Position numbers and translations under genes: made by a program | Notes under the pieces: generated by a model | The model's input: only the letters and a program-made list of their open reading frames with translations | Databases searched by the model: none | What the model was told of the DNA's origin: nothing | Assembly: GCF_003018115.1 (NCBI RefSeq) | Contig: NZ_CP027457.1 | From: Escherichia coli | Lineage (GTDB): Bacteria; Pseudomonadota; Gammaproteobacteria; Enterobacterales; Enterobacteriaceae | Direction: 5' to 3' (one strand) | Length of the DNA stretch: 64,000 nt | Shown here: positions 8,535-20,532 of the stretch, piece by piece | Position numbering within the stretch: position 1 is the first letter of the stretch | How the letters are laid out: every line of letters begins with the position of its first letter

Positions 8535-10724
8535 ATGTTTGTGGAGCATAACCTGATAAAAAATATCAAGATATTCACACTAGCGTTTACGCTCACCGTG
8601 GTACTTATTCAGCTTTCCCGTTTTATTTCGCCACTTGCCATTATCCATTCCAGTTATATCTTTCTGGCGTGGATGCCACTGTGCGTAATGCTGTCAATCT
8701 TGTTTATCTTTGGCTGGCGCGGTGTCGTTCCCGTTTTATGCGGGATGTTTTGCACCAATCTGTGGAACTTTCATCTCTCTTTTTTACAGACTGCAGTCAT
8801 GCTCGGTAGCCAGACGTTTGTCGTGTTGTGTGCCTGCGCAATATTACGCTGGCAGCTGGGGACGCGTTGGCGCTATGGATTGACCAGCCGATATGTCTGG
8901 CAACGCCTGTTCTGGCTTGGTTTGGTGACGCCGATCGGCATCAAATGCAGCATGTATCTTGTGGGGAGCTTCTTTGATTTCCCGCTAAAGATATCCACCT
9001 TTTTCGGCGATGCGGATGCCATTTTCACGGTCGTTGATTTGCTAAGCCTTTTCACCGCTGTGCTGATTTACAACATGCTTTTCTACTATCTCACTCGCAT
9101 GATTGTAAGTCCCCACTTTGCGCAGATATTGTGGCGCAGGGATATCGCTCCGTCATTGGGTAAAGAGAAACGCGCATTTACCTTAAGCTGGCTGGCAGCG
9201 TTAAGCGTGCTGCTACTTCTGCTGTGCACACCTTATGAAAACGACTTTATTGCCGGTTACCTGGTACCCGTTTTCTTCATCATCTTTACCCTCGGGGTCG
9301 GTAAGCTTCGCTATCCGTTTTTAAATCTCACCTGGGCTGTTTCAACGCTTTGCCTGCTGAATTACAACCAGAACTTTTTGCAAGGGGTGGAAACCGAATA
9401 TTCGCTGGCATTTATTCTCGCGGTGCTGATTTCCTTTAGCGTTTGCCTGCTCTATATGGTGCGCATTTATCATCGCAGTGAATGGCTTAATCGCCGCTGG
9501 CATTTGCAGGCGCTGACCGATCCGTTAACGCTCCTGCCCAACTTTCGTGCGTTGGAACAAGCACCGGAGCAAGAGGTGGGCAAGAGTTTTTGCTGCCTGC
9601 GCATTGATAATCTTGAGTTTATGAGTCGTCATTACGGGTTAATGATGCGCGTTCACTGTATCCGCTCAATTTACCGTACGCTGCTGCCGTTGATGCAGGA
9701 AAACGAAAAGTTGTATCAATTGCCGGGTAGTGAACTGCTGTTAGTGCTGAGCGGGCCGGAAACGGAAGGGCGACTCCAGCATATGGTTAACATCCTGAAT
9801 AGTCGGCAAATTCACTGGAACAATACCGGGCTGGATATGGGCTATGGTGCTGCCTGGGGGCGTTTTGATGGAAATCAGGAAACCCTGCAACCCTTGTTGG
9901 GGCAGTTAAGCTGGCTGGCGGAGCAATCCTGCGCACATCACCATGTGCTGGCGCTGGATAGCAGAGAGGAGATGGTTTCCGGGCAGACCACTAAACAGGT
10001 GCTATTGCTGAATACCATTCGCACGGCGTTAGATCAGGGGGATTTGCTGCTCTACGCCCAGCCAATTCGCAACAAAGAGGGTGAAGGTTATGATGAGATC
10101 CTCGCGCGACTGAAATATGACGGCGGCATTATGACCCCGGATAAGTTTCTGCCCCTTATTGCTCAGTTTAACCTTAGCGCGCGTTTTGATTTGCAAGTGC
10201 TGGAATCCTTGTTGAAGTGGCTGGCAACACACCCTTGCGACAAAAAAGGACCGCGCTTTTCAGTCAATTTAATGCCGCTCACGCTGCTGCAAAAGAATAT
10301 TGCCGGGCGGATTATTCGTCTGTTTAAGCGTTATCACATCTCCCCGCAGGCGGTCATTCTTGAGATCACCGAGGAGCAGGCGTTTTCTAACGCAGAAAGC
10401 AGCATGTACAACATCGAGCAGCTGCATAAGTTTGGTTTCCGGATTGCGATTGATGACTTTGGCACCGGATATGCCAACTACGAACGGTTAAAGCGTTTGC
10501 AGGCTGATATCATCAAAATTGATGGCGTCTTTGTGAAAGATATTGTCACGAATACGCTGGATGCGATGATTGTGAGATCAATTACCGATCTGGCGAAAGC
10601 GAAGTCATTGAGTGTGGTCGCGGAGTTTGTCGAGACGCAACAGCAGCAGGCGCTATTGCATAAGCTCGGGGTGCAATATCTGCAAGGGTATTTGATTGGT
10701 CGCCCGCAGCCATTAGCTGATTAA
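8535..10724 (+). CDS. pdeA: c-di-GMP phosphodiesterase, MASE1-(degenerate GGDEF)-EAL
   Basis: 729 aa from MFVEHNLIKN; N-terminal polytopic membrane domain, C-terminal EAL domain; ORF-track start at 8475 is probably an upstream extension. Confidence 0.9.
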   Translation: MFVEHNLIKNIKIFTLAFTLTVVLIQLSRFISPLAIIHSSYIFLAWMPLCVMLSILFIFGWRGVVPVLCGMFCTNLWNFHLSFLQTAVMLGSQTFVVLCACAILRWQLGTRWRYGLTSRYVWQRLFWLGLVTPIGIKCSMYLVGSFFDFPLKISTFFGDADAIFTVVDLLSLFTAVLIYNMLFYYLTRMIVSPHFAQILWRRDIAPSLGKEKRAFTLSWLAALSVLLLLLCTPYENDFIAGYLVPVFFIIFTLGVGKLRYPFLNLTWAVSTLCLLNYNQNFLQGVETEYSLAFILAVLISFSVCLLYMVRIYHRSEWLNRRWHLQALTDPLTLLPNFRALEQAPEQEVGKSFCCLRIDNLEFMSRHYGLMMRVHCIRSIYRTLLPLMQENEKLYQLPGSELLLVLSGPETEGRLQHMVNILNSRQIHWNNTGLDMGYGAAWGRFDGNQETLQPLLGQLSWLAEQSCAHHHVLALDSREEMVSGQTTKQVLLLNTIRTALDQGDLLLYAQPIRNKEGEGYDEILARLKYDGGIMTPDKFLPLIAQFNLSARFDLQVLESLLKWLATHPCDKKGPRFSVNLMPLTLLQKNIAGRIIRLFKRYHISPQAVILEITEEQAFSNAESSMYNIEQLHKFGFRIAIDDFGTGYANYERLKRLQADIIKIDGVFVKDIVTNTLDAMIVRSITDLAKAKSLSVVAEFVETQQQQALLHKLGVQYLQGYLIGRPQPLAD

Positions 10725-10730
10725 CAGGCG

Positions 10731-10764
10731 TAAAAAAGCCGGGGAATGATCCCCGGCTTTTTTA
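10731..10764. terminator. bidirectional intrinsic terminator between pdeA and nupC
   Basis: aaaaaagccggggaatgatccccggctttttt. Confidence 0.6.
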
Positions 10765-10773
10765 TGTATGGTT

Positions 10774-11976
10774 TTACAGCACCAGTGCTGCGATTGACGC
10801 AGACAGCACACTCACCAGGGTAGAGCCGTAAACCAGTTTCAGACCGAAGCGAGAAACCACGTTACCTTGCTCTTCATTCAGGCCTTTAACTGCACCTGCG
10901 ATAATCCCGATTGAAGAGAAGTTAGCGAAGGAAACCAGGAACACAGAGATGATGCCTTCAGCACGCGGAGAGAGCGTGGAAGCAATTTTCTGCAGATCCA
11001 TCATCGCAACGAACTCGTTGGAAACCAGTTTGGTCGCCATGATACTGCCCACTTGCAGTGCTTCACTGGAAGGAACACCCATCACCCATGCAATCGGATA
11101 GAAGATGTAGCCCAGAATGCCCTGGAAGGAGATGCTGTAGCCAAACCAGCCAGTCACGGTGGCAAACAGTGCGTTCAGCGCGGCGATCAGGGCGATAAAG
11201 CCGATCAGCATCGCGGCAACGATAATGGCAACTTTGAAACCTGCCAGAATGTATTCACCCAGCATTTCGAAGAAGCTCTGACCTTCGTGCAGGTTGGACA
11301 TCTGAATGTTTTCTTCACTGGCATCAACACGGTAAGGGTTGATCAGCGACAGCACGATAAAGGTGCTGAACATGTTCAATACCAGCGCAGCAACGACGTA
11401 TTTCGGTTCCAGCATGGTCATGTATGCACCAACGATGGACATCGACACGGTGGACATTGCCGTGGCAGCCATGGTGTACATACGATTACGGGAGATTTTG
11501 CCGAGGATATCTTTATAGGCAATAAAGTTTTCAGACTGACCCAGAATCAGGGAGCTGACGGCGTTAAAGGATTCCAGTTTGCCCATGCCGTTGACTTTGG
11601 AGAGCAGGAAACCAATTGCGCGGATGATCACCGGCAACACGCGAATGTGCTGGAGAATACCGATCAGTGCAGAGATAAAGACGATTGGGCACAGCACTTT
11701 CAGGAAGAAGAATGCCAGGCCTTGATCATTCATGCTACCAAAGACGAAGTTAGTCCCTTCGTTGGCAAATCCGAGCAGTTTTTCGAACATTTCGGAGAAG
11801 CCTTTCACGAAGCCTAAACCAACGTCGGAGTTCAGGAAGAACCACGCCAGTAACACTTCGATAACAAGCAGTTGAATAACATAACGGATACGAATTTTTT
11901 TGCGGTCGCTGCTTACCAGCAGTGCGAGAATCGCAACAACGGCAAGTGCCAGTACAAAATGAAGGACGCGGTCCAT
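10774..11976 (-). CDS. nupC: nucleoside:H+ symporter (CNT family)
   Basis: 400 aa from [11 protein letters not shown]; ORF-track start at 12015 adds 13 codons. Confidence 0.95.
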
Positions 11977-12240
11977 ATTTGCTCCAAATATGAGGCAGGT
12001 TAAATTTCCGTGCACATTCTATGTAACATGGTTAAGGAAAACGAGATCTGACACACACTATAATGACGTCCTGTGACAAGCTTCAAAAATAGTGATCTGT
12101 CATACATTTCTGCTATGTTGTGTATGGAAGCTGAAAGTTATGTAAATGTGCTAACATTAAACATAACCATAACATTCAAGTCATCAATCTTTTCGTAGTC
12201 ATAATCCTGGTCTATCAAAGAAATCACCACAACCCATTCA

Positions 12241-12262
12241 AATGAATTTGATAATCATTCTC
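12241..12262. promoter_or_regulatory. Fur box in the mntH promoter
   Basis: aatgaatttgataatcattctc resembles the GATAATGATAATCATTATC consensus. Confidence 0.5.
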
Positions 12263-12277
12263 GTTTGGCATAGCATG

Positions 12278-12299
12278 AAACATAGCAAAGGCTATGTTT
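12278..12299. promoter_or_regulatory. MntR operator (inverted repeat) in the mntH promoter
   Basis: aaacatagcaaaggctatgttt, a perfect 9-bp inverted repeat about 15 bp upstream of the mntH start. Confidence 0.6.
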
Positions 12300-12302
12300 T
12301 AG

Positions 12303-13550
<1,248 letters not shown>

Positions 13551-13577
13551 TTGAATGAGCGTCGCATCTGGCACTAT

Positions 13578-13667
<90 letters not shown>

Positions 13668-13690
13668 TTGTGCTCCATTGGCAAATGTGT

Positions 13691-14017
13691 TTAATGGCGG
13701 TGCCCATGTCCGCGGCCTTTTCCGCGATGATCGTCACGATCGCGCCAGCCTTCACGATAGCCACGCTCATACGCTTTACGCTTATCCCAGCCACGGTGGT
13801 AGCCATTATCATGACGCCACCAGCGGTTTTTACGCCATTCATAATTGCGATGCCAGTAATCACGATCTCGCCAGTGACCACCGTCCCAGTAATTACCGTA
13901 ATGATCGCGATCGCCAATTTGTAATTTGATTGATGGCAGTAGGGTGATTTCACCTGCGTTTGCTGCAAGCGGGGTAAATGCCATCAGGGCGGCCGCCAGA
14001 AACAGTGACCTGAACAT
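13691..14017 (-). CDS. ypeC: small periplasmic protein with Arg/His/Trp-rich repeats (DUF2502-like)
   Basis: 108 aa, signal peptide ...PLAANA, repetitive RDxxW/HR-rich C-terminus. Confidence 0.85.
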
Positions 14018-14131
14018 TGTTATTCTCCTTCACGATCGAAGCCGTCAGCGGCCTGTTAACGCAATATTACGGGGAGGTAAAGCCCCGTATCATCGCCATA
14101 ACTCTTAAATCATAAAGGAGAGCATTTTTTG

Positions 14132-15388
14132 CTAAACGTTATCGTGGGGTGGCTGTTGCTTCGGACGATTGACCATCATCATCGGCTTACCTGCTAATAA
14201 CAGCCATGCCGGAAGCATGACGATACAGAGCAGCGGTAGCAATGTGGTATTGGGTACAACGACTGCCGCCATAAAAAGACTTAACCAGCCATCGCGTGTT
14301 ACCACCAGCACGATGCCGAGAATAGCGCAGGAAACGGTTATTGCCGCTGGAACGGCGGGGACGTGCTCATGCAGCATCAACCCTAATGCCACGCCGACGA
14401 ACACTGCCGGGAAGATTCGCCCACCGCGAAAGCCACTGGCGGCAGCAACGACCAGGGCGGCAAGTTTAATTACCGCCAGCAAAAAGTAATCGCTGGTGCT
14501 GAAAGCCTGATTTGCCACCATCTGCTGCATCTCATCCAGTCCTTTAAACAGCGAAACCGGCCCACCAATAACCCCCAGAATACCGAGAATAAATCCGCCA
14601 ATACCCAGCACGAGCACCGGATTTTTCATTTGATGCATCATCGCGTGCAATCGTGGTAAGCACCATACGGCGACCATCCCTGCTGCGATGGCAATCGCCG
14701 CGACAATTGCACCGCTGAGAATATCGGTCATTTCCATCTGTCCGTAATGCGCAATGGGCAGTGAAAAATGAGGATGGAAAAATAATCCGGTAGTAAGTGC
14801 ACCAGCTGCTGCCGCCATTAACGGCGCAAAAAGACGATCCCATAGCGGAACTTCACTACTGCCATTTAAGGTTTGCGAAAATATCAACGCCGCCGCAACA
14901 GGTGTACCAAACAGCGCGCCGATGGTTCCGGCAGAGGCTAAAATAGTCCACTCCATTCGGTTGACGCGCGGTAACAGACGAGCGCCAATGGCAACCGCAA
15001 GGGCGATATTGACGGTCATGATCGGATGTTCCGGCCCCAGGCTGACGCCGCCAGCAAGACCGAGAATTAATGCTACGATAAGTCCAGGTAGCGCAGAGGG
15101 CGGAACCGGTGCGCCGATCAGCGGTTCACTGGCGGGGTCTGGTCCGGCATGACCCTGGCTGAAACGGATAACCAACCCCACCGCAATACCCGTTAGCGTT
15201 AATACACCGATGATCCAGAGGGGTGAATCCTGGGCTATCCCCAGAGTTCCCGGCAGTCGTTGCCAGAGCAAATTCTGTAATACCGAGGCGATTTTCATCA
15301 CCACAATCAGAATAAGACTGGACGCAATCCCAATTGCCACGGCGGGGAGCGATAATAACAACATGGTTCTGGCTCGCGGATGGAGCAT
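14132..15388 (-). CDS. yfeO: ClC-family ion channel/transporter homologue
   Basis: 418 aa polytopic membrane protein with GxGxPxG-like ClC motifs. Confidence 0.88.
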   Translation of the reverse strand: MLHPRARTMLLLSLPAVAIGIASSLILIVVMKIASVLQNLLWQRLPGTLGIAQDSPLWIIGVLTLTGIAVGLVIRFSQGHAGPDPASEPLIGAPVPPSALPGLIVALILGLAGGVSLGPEHPIMTVNIALAVAIGARLLPRVNRMEWTILASAGTIGALFGTPVAAALIFSQTLNGSSEVPLWDRLFAPLMAAAAGALTTGLFFHPHFSLPIAHYGQMEMTDILSGAIVAAIAIAAGMVAVWCLPRLHAMMHQMKNPVLVLGIGGFILGILGVIGGPVSLFKGLDEMQQMVANQAFSTSDYFLLAVIKLAALVVAAASGFRGGRIFPAVFVGVALGLMLHEHVPAVPAAITVSCAILGIVLVVTRDGWLSLFMAAVVVPNTTLLPLLCIVMLPAWLLLAGKPMMMVNRPKQQPPHDNV

Positions 15389-15591
15389 GTTCTATTCCTT
15401 ATGCGGGGTCAGATACTTAGTTTGCCCAGCTTGCAAAAAGGCATCGCTGCAATTGGTGCTGAAACGATAAAGTAATTGTGTGACCCAGATCGATATTTAC
15501 AGGGAGCCTGCCTTTCCGGCGTTGTTGTTATGCCCCCAGGTATTTACAGTGTGAGAAAGAATTATTTTGACTTTAGCGGAGCAGTTGAAGA

Positions 15592-16557
15592 ATGACAAAG
15601 TATGCATTAGTCGGTGATGTGGGCGGCACCAACGCACGTCTTGCTCTGTGTGATATTGCCAGTGGTGAAATCTCGCAGGCTAAGACCTATTCAGGGCTTG
15701 ATTACCCCAGCCTCGAAGCGGTCATTCGCGTTTATCTTGAAGAACATAAGGTCGAGGTGAAAGACGGCTGTATTGCCATCGCTTGCCCGATTACCGGAGA
15801 CTGGGTGGCAATGACCAACCATACCTGGGCGTTCTCAATTGCCGAAATGAAAAAGAATCTCGGTTTTAGCCATCTGGAAATTATTAACGATTTTACCGCT
15901 GTATCGATGGCGATCCCGATGCTGAAAAAAGAGCATCTGATTCAGTTTGGTGGCGCAGAACCGGTAGAAGGTAAGCCTATTGCGGTTTACGGTGCCGGAA
16001 CGGGGCTTGGGGTTGCGCATCTGGTCCATGTCGATAAGCGTTGGGTAAGCTTGCCAGGCGAAGGCGGTCACGTTGATTTTGCGCCGAATAGTGAAGAAGA
16101 GGCCATTATCCTCGAAATATTGCGTGCGGAAATTGGCCATGTTTCGGCGGAACGCGTGCTTTCTGGCCCTGGGCTGGTGAATTTGTATCGCGCAATTGTG
16201 AAAGCTGACAACCGCCTGCCAGAAAATCTCAAGCCAAAAGATATTACCGAACGCGCGCTGGCTGACAGCTGCACCGATTGCCGCCGTGCGTTGTCGCTGT
16301 TTTGCGTCATTATGGGCCGTTTTGGCGGCAATCTGGCGCTCAATCTCGGGACATTTGGCGGCGTGTTTATTGCGGGCGGTATCGTGCCGCGCTTCCTTGA
16401 GTTCTTCAAAGCCTCTGGTTTCCGTGCCGCATTTGAAGATAAAGGGCGCTTTAAAGAATATGTCCATGATATTCCGGTGTATCTCATCGTCCATGACAAT
16501 CCGGGTCTTCTCGGTTCCGGTGCACATTTACGCCAGACCTTAGGTCACATTCTGTAA
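15592..16557 (+). CDS. glk: glucokinase
   Basis: 321 aa, ROK/glucokinase N-terminus [14 protein letters not shown]. Confidence 0.97.
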   Translation: MTKYALVGDVGGTNARLALCDIASGEISQAKTYSGLDYPSLEAVIRVYLEEHKVEVKDGCIAIACPITGDWVAMTNHTWAFSIAEMKKNLGFSHLEIINDFTAVSMAIPMLKKEHLIQFGGAEPVEGKPIAVYGAGTGLGVAHLVHVDKRWVSLPGEGGHVDFAPNSEEEAIILEILRAEIGHVSAERVLSGPGLVNLYRAIVKADNRLPENLKPKDITERALADSCTDCRRALSLFCVIMGRFGGNLALNLGTFGGVFIAGGIVPRFLEFFKASGFRAAFEDKGRFKEYVHDIPVYLIVHDNPGLLGSGAHLRQTLGHIL

Positions 16558-16775
16558 ATCCTTCCTGTTATATCGGGAGGTAACTCTCCCGATAATCTTT
16601 TAAATCATACAGTTAATTCAATTTTTCTTTGTGTCCCCTCACAAGGCCGACCTGCGTCACACTTCCGTACAGCGGGATTAATTCTCCAGTAAATGCATTA
16701 TTTGTCTGGTAACGGCGATTTGTTTTGCACGTTCATAATTTCACTCGTCAACTATCACTGAACGAGGAATTAACG

Positions 16776-17102
16776 ATGAGTAAGAAACTGATTGCCTTAT
16801 GTGCCTGCCCGATGGGCCTGGCTCACACCTTTATGGCCGCTCAGGCGCTGGAAGAAGCAGCGGTAGAAGCCGGTTATGAAGTGAAAATTGAAACCCAGGG
16901 CGCGGACGGTATCCAGAATCGCCTGACGGCGCAGGATATCGCCGAAGCGACCATCATCATCCACTCCGTGGCAGTAACCCCGGAAGATAACGAACGTTTC
17001 GAATCACGCGATGTTTATGAAATCACTTTGCAGGACGCAATTAAAAACGCTGCGGGCATCATCAAAGAAATCGAAGAGATGATTGCCTCTGAACAACAGT
17101 AA
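16776..17102 (+). CDS. fryB: PTS fructose-like EIIB component
   Basis: 108 aa from MSKKLIALCACPMG (active-site Cys motif); ORF-track start at 16725 is an upstream extension. Confidence 0.9.
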   Translation: MSKKLIALCACPMGLAHTFMAAQALEEAAVEAGYEVKIETQGADGIQNRLTAQDIAEATIIIHSVAVTPEDNERFESRDVYEITLQDAIKNAAGIIKEIEEMIASEQQ

Positions 17103-17123
17103 TATTCGACAGGGATAATTGTT

Positions 17124-18371
17124 ATGGCCATTAAAAAACGCAGTGCAACCGTTGTGCCTGGCGCATCCGGTGCGGCAGCGGCAGTTAAGAATCCGCAGGC
17201 CTCTAAAAGCAGCTTCTGGGGTGAACTCCCGCAGCATGTGATGTCAGGGATTTCACGCATGGTGCCGACCTTAATTATGGGCGGTGTGATCCTCGCTTTC
17301 AGCCAGTTGATTGCTTATAGCTGGCTTAAAATTCCTGCTGATATCGGCATCATGGATGCTCTTAATAGCGGGAAATTCTCCGGTTTCGACCTCTCCTTAC
17401 TGAAATTTGCCTGGTTGTCGCAGTCCTTCGGCGGCGTGTTGTTTGGTTTTGCCATTCCGATGTTTGCTGCTTTTGTGGCGAACTCTATCGGTGGCAAACT
17501 GGCGTTTCCGGCTGGTTTTATCGGCGGCTTGATGTCTACCCAGCCGACGCAACTGCTGAACTTCGATCCCAGCACTATGCAATGGGCGACCTCTTCGCCG
17601 GTGCCGTCCACCTTCATTGGTGCGCTGATTATTTCTATCGTCGCGGGTTACCTTGTGAAGTGGATGAACCAGAAAATCCAGTTACCGGATTTCCTGTTAG
17701 CGTTCAAAACCACATTTTTGCTCCCGATTCTTTCCGCCATTTTTGTCATGCTGGCGATGTACTACGTCATCACCCCCTTTGGTGGCTGGATCAACGGCGG
17801 TATCCGTACTGTGCTGACTGCCGCAGGTGAGAAGGGCGCGCTGATGTACGCAATGGGGATCGCCGCGGCGACAGCAATCGACCTTGGTGGCCCGATCAAC
17901 AAAGCCGCAGGTTTTGTTGCCTTCAGCTTTACCACTGACCACGTATTACCGGTCACCGCTCGTTCTATCGCTATCGTTATTCCGCCGATTGGTCTGGGGC
18001 TGGCGACCATTATCGACCGTCGTTTAACCGGCAAACGCCTGTTCAACGCTCAACTTTATCCGCAGGGTAAGACCGCCATGTTCCTGGCGTTTATGGGGAT
18101 CAGTGAGGGTGCGATTCCGTTTGCACTGGAAAGCCCCATCACCGCCATTCCGTCGTATATGGTCGGCGCGATTGTCGGCTCAACCGCCGCTGTCTGGCTG
18201 GGCGCAGTGCAATGGTTCCCGGAATCCGCTATCTGGGCATGGCCGCTGGTCACTAACCTCGGCGTCTACATGGCGGGGATCGCGCTGGGGGCAGTCATAA
18301 CTGCGCTGATGGTGGTGTTCCTGCGTCTGATGATGTTCCGTAAAGGCAAATTGTTAATCGATAGCCTGTAA
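17124..18371 (+). CDS. fryC: PTS fructose-like EIIC component
   Basis: 415 aa polytopic membrane protein directly after fryB. Confidence 0.9.
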   Translation: MAIKKRSATVVPGASGAAAAVKNPQASKSSFWGELPQHVMSGISRMVPTLIMGGVILAFSQLIAYSWLKIPADIGIMDALNSGKFSGFDLSLLKFAWLSQSFGGVLFGFAIPMFAAFVANSIGGKLAFPAGFIGGLMSTQPTQLLNFDPSTMQWATSSPVPSTFIGALIISIVAGYLVKWMNQKIQLPDFLLAFKTTFLLPILSAIFVMLAMYYVITPFGGWINGGIRTVLTAAGEKGALMYAMGIAAATAIDLGGPINKAAGFVAFSFTTDHVLPVTARSIAIVIPPIGLGLATIIDRRLTGKRLFNAQLYPQGKTAMFLAFMGISEGAIPFALESPITAIPSYMVGAIVGSTAAVWLGAVQWFPESAIWAWPLVTNLGVYMAGIALGAVITALMVVFLRLMMFRKGKLLIDSL

Positions 18372-18385
18372 GAAGGAAAATCCAG

Positions 18386-19471
18386 ATGACATTACTCGCT
18401 TCGCTGCGCGACTGGCTTAAGGCGCAACAACTGGATGCGGTGCTTCTCTCCTCACGGCAGAACAAACAGCCGCATCTGGGGATCTCCACCGGATCAGGCT
18501 ATGTGCTGATTAGCCGTGAAAGTGCGCACATTCTGGTGGACTCGCGCTATTACGCGGATGTAGAAGCCCGCACTCAGGGCTACCAGTTACATTTGCTTGA
18601 TGCGACGCACACGCTTGCAACCATCGTCAATAAAATCATTGCCGATGAGCATCTGCAAACGCTCGGTTTTGAAGGCCAGCAGGTGAGTTGGGAAACCGCG
18701 CACCGCTGGCAGTCTGAACTCAATGCGAAACTGGTTAGCGCCACGCCGGATGTGCTGCGGCAAATCAAAACGCCAGAGGAGGTGGAGAAAATCCGCCTTG
18801 CCTGTGGGATTGCCGATCGCGGTGCAGAGCATATTCGCCGCTTTATTCAGGCGGGGATGAGCGAGCGCGAGATAGCCGCTGAACTGGAGTGGTTTATGCG
18901 CCAGCAGGGCGCAGAAAAAGCCTCTTTTGACACCATTGTTGCCAGTGGCTGGCGTGGGGCGCTGCCGCACGGCAAAGCCAGCGACAAGATTGTTGCAGCG
19001 GGCGAGTTTGTCACTCTCGATTTCGGTGCGCTCTATCAGGGCTACTGCTCTGATATGACGCGCACCTTGCTGGTGAATGGCGAAGGGGTGAGCGCCGAAT
19101 CTCATCCGCTGTTTAACGTCTATCAGATTGTTTTGCAGGCACAGCTCGCAGCAATCTCTGCAATTCGCCCCGGCGTGCGCTGCCAGCAGGTTGACGACGC
19201 CGCGCGTCGGGTGATTACCGAGGCAGGATTTGGCGACTATTTTGGTCACAACACCGGTCATGCTATTGGCATTGAAGTACACGAAGATCCGCGCTTTTCA
19301 CCGCGGGATACCACGACGCTACAGCCAGGCATGTTACTGACCGTGGAGCCGGGGATTTATTTGCCAGGGCAAGGGGGCGTGCGCATCGAGGATGTTGTGC
19401 TGGTTACCCCGCAAGGCGCAGAAGTGCTCTACGCCATGCCGAAAACAGTGTTGCTCACGGGAGAGGCATAA
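18386..19471 (+). CDS. ypdF: Xaa-Pro aminopeptidase (M24 family)
   Basis: 361 aa with metal-ligand motifs ([14 protein letters not shown]); lies inside the fry operon. Confidence 0.9.
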   Translation: MTLLASLRDWLKAQQLDAVLLSSRQNKQPHLGISTGSGYVLISRESAHILVDSRYYADVEARTQGYQLHLLDATHTLATIVNKIIADEHLQTLGFEGQQVSWETAHRWQSELNAKLVSATPDVLRQIKTPEEVEKIRLACGIADRGAEHIRRFIQAGMSEREIAAELEWFMRQQGAEKASFDTIVASGWRGALPHGKASDKIVAAGEFVTLDFGALYQGYCSDMTRTLLVNGEGVSAESHPLFNVYQIVLQAQLAAISAIRPGVRCQQVDDAARRVITEAGFGDYFGHNTGHAIGIEVHEDPRFSPRDTTTLQPGMLLTVEPGIYLPGQGGVRIEDVVLVTPQGAEVLYAMPKTVLLTGEA

Positions 19472-20508
19472 TGGATTTATCGCTATTGAAAGCGTTGAGC
19501 GAGGCAGATGCGATCGCCTCCTCGGAACAGGAAGTGCGGCAGATCCTGCTGGAAGAAGCGGATCGCCTGCAAAAAGAAGTGCGATTTGATGGGCTGGGAT
19601 CGGTGCTGATCCGCCTCAATGAATCGACAGGTCCGAAAGTGATGATCTGTGCGCATATGGACGAAGTTGGATTTATGGTGCGCAGTATCTCCCGCGAAGG
19701 CGCAATTGATGTGCTGCCGGTTGGCAACGTGCGCATGGCTGCCCGCCAGCTGCAGCCGGTGCGCATCACCACCCGTGAAGAGTGCAAAATTCCAGGCCTG
19801 CTTGACGGCGACCGGCAGGGGAATGACGTCAGCGCCATGCGCGTGGATATTGGCGCGCGCTCGTATGACGAAGTGATGCAGGCGGGAATTCGTCCAGGCG
19901 ATCGCGTCACGTTCGATACCACTTTTCAGGTTCTCCCCCACCAGCGAGTGATGGGGAAAGCCTTTGATGACCGCCTCGGTTGCTACCTGCTGGTGACGTT
20001 ACTGCGCGAACTACACAGCGCTGAACTGCCTGCGGAAGTGTGGCTGGTGGCCAGTTCCAGCGAAGAGGTGGGGTTACGCGGCGGGCAAACTGCCACCCGC
20101 GCGGTGTCGCCGGACGTCGCCATTGTCCTTGATACCGCCTGCTGGGCGAAAAACTTTGATTATGGCGCGGCTAACCATCGCCAGATTGGTAACGGCCCGA
20201 TGCTGGTGTTAAGCGACAAGTCACTGATTGCGCCGCCAAAACTCACCGCCTGGATCGAAACCGTGGCGGCAGAAATTGGCGTGCCGTTACAGGCGGATAT
20301 GTTCAGTAACGGCGGCACGGACGGTGGAGCGGTGCACTTAACCGGTACTGGCGTACCCACAGTGGTGATGGGGCCTGCCACCCGCCACGGACATTGCGCC
20401 GCGTCGATTGCCGATTGCCGCGATATTTTGCAGATGGAGCAACTTTTATCTGCCCTTATTCAACGTCTTACGCGTGAGACGGTTGTTCAACTGACGGATT
20501 TCAGATGA
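19471..20508 (+). CDS. ypdE: M42-family aminopeptidase
   Basis: 345 aa; start overlaps the ypdF stop. Confidence 0.9.
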   Translation: MDLSLLKALSEADAIASSEQEVRQILLEEADRLQKEVRFDGLGSVLIRLNESTGPKVMICAHMDEVGFMVRSISREGAIDVLPVGNVRMAARQLQPVRITTREECKIPGLLDGDRQGNDVSAMRVDIGARSYDEVMQAGIRPGDRVTFDTTFQVLPHQRVMGKAFDDRLGCYLLVTLLRELHSAELPAEVWLVASSSEEVGLRGGQTATRAVSPDVAIVLDTACWAKNFDYGAANHRQIGNGPMLVLSDKSLIAPPKLTAWIETVAAEIGVPLQADMFSNGGTDGGAVHLTGTGVPTVVMGPATRHGHCAASIADCRDILQMEQLLSALIQRLTRETVVQLTDFR

Positions 20509-20532
20509 TCTCCTGATTAACCCGGAGCGGTT

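Noticed and set aside
11053-11817. 254-aa ORF antisense to nupC
   Set aside because: Shadow ORF within nupC; His/Asp-rich low-complexity translation
15835-16527. 230-aa ORF antisense to glk
   Set aside because: Overlaps the glk coding frame on the opposite strand; no independent support
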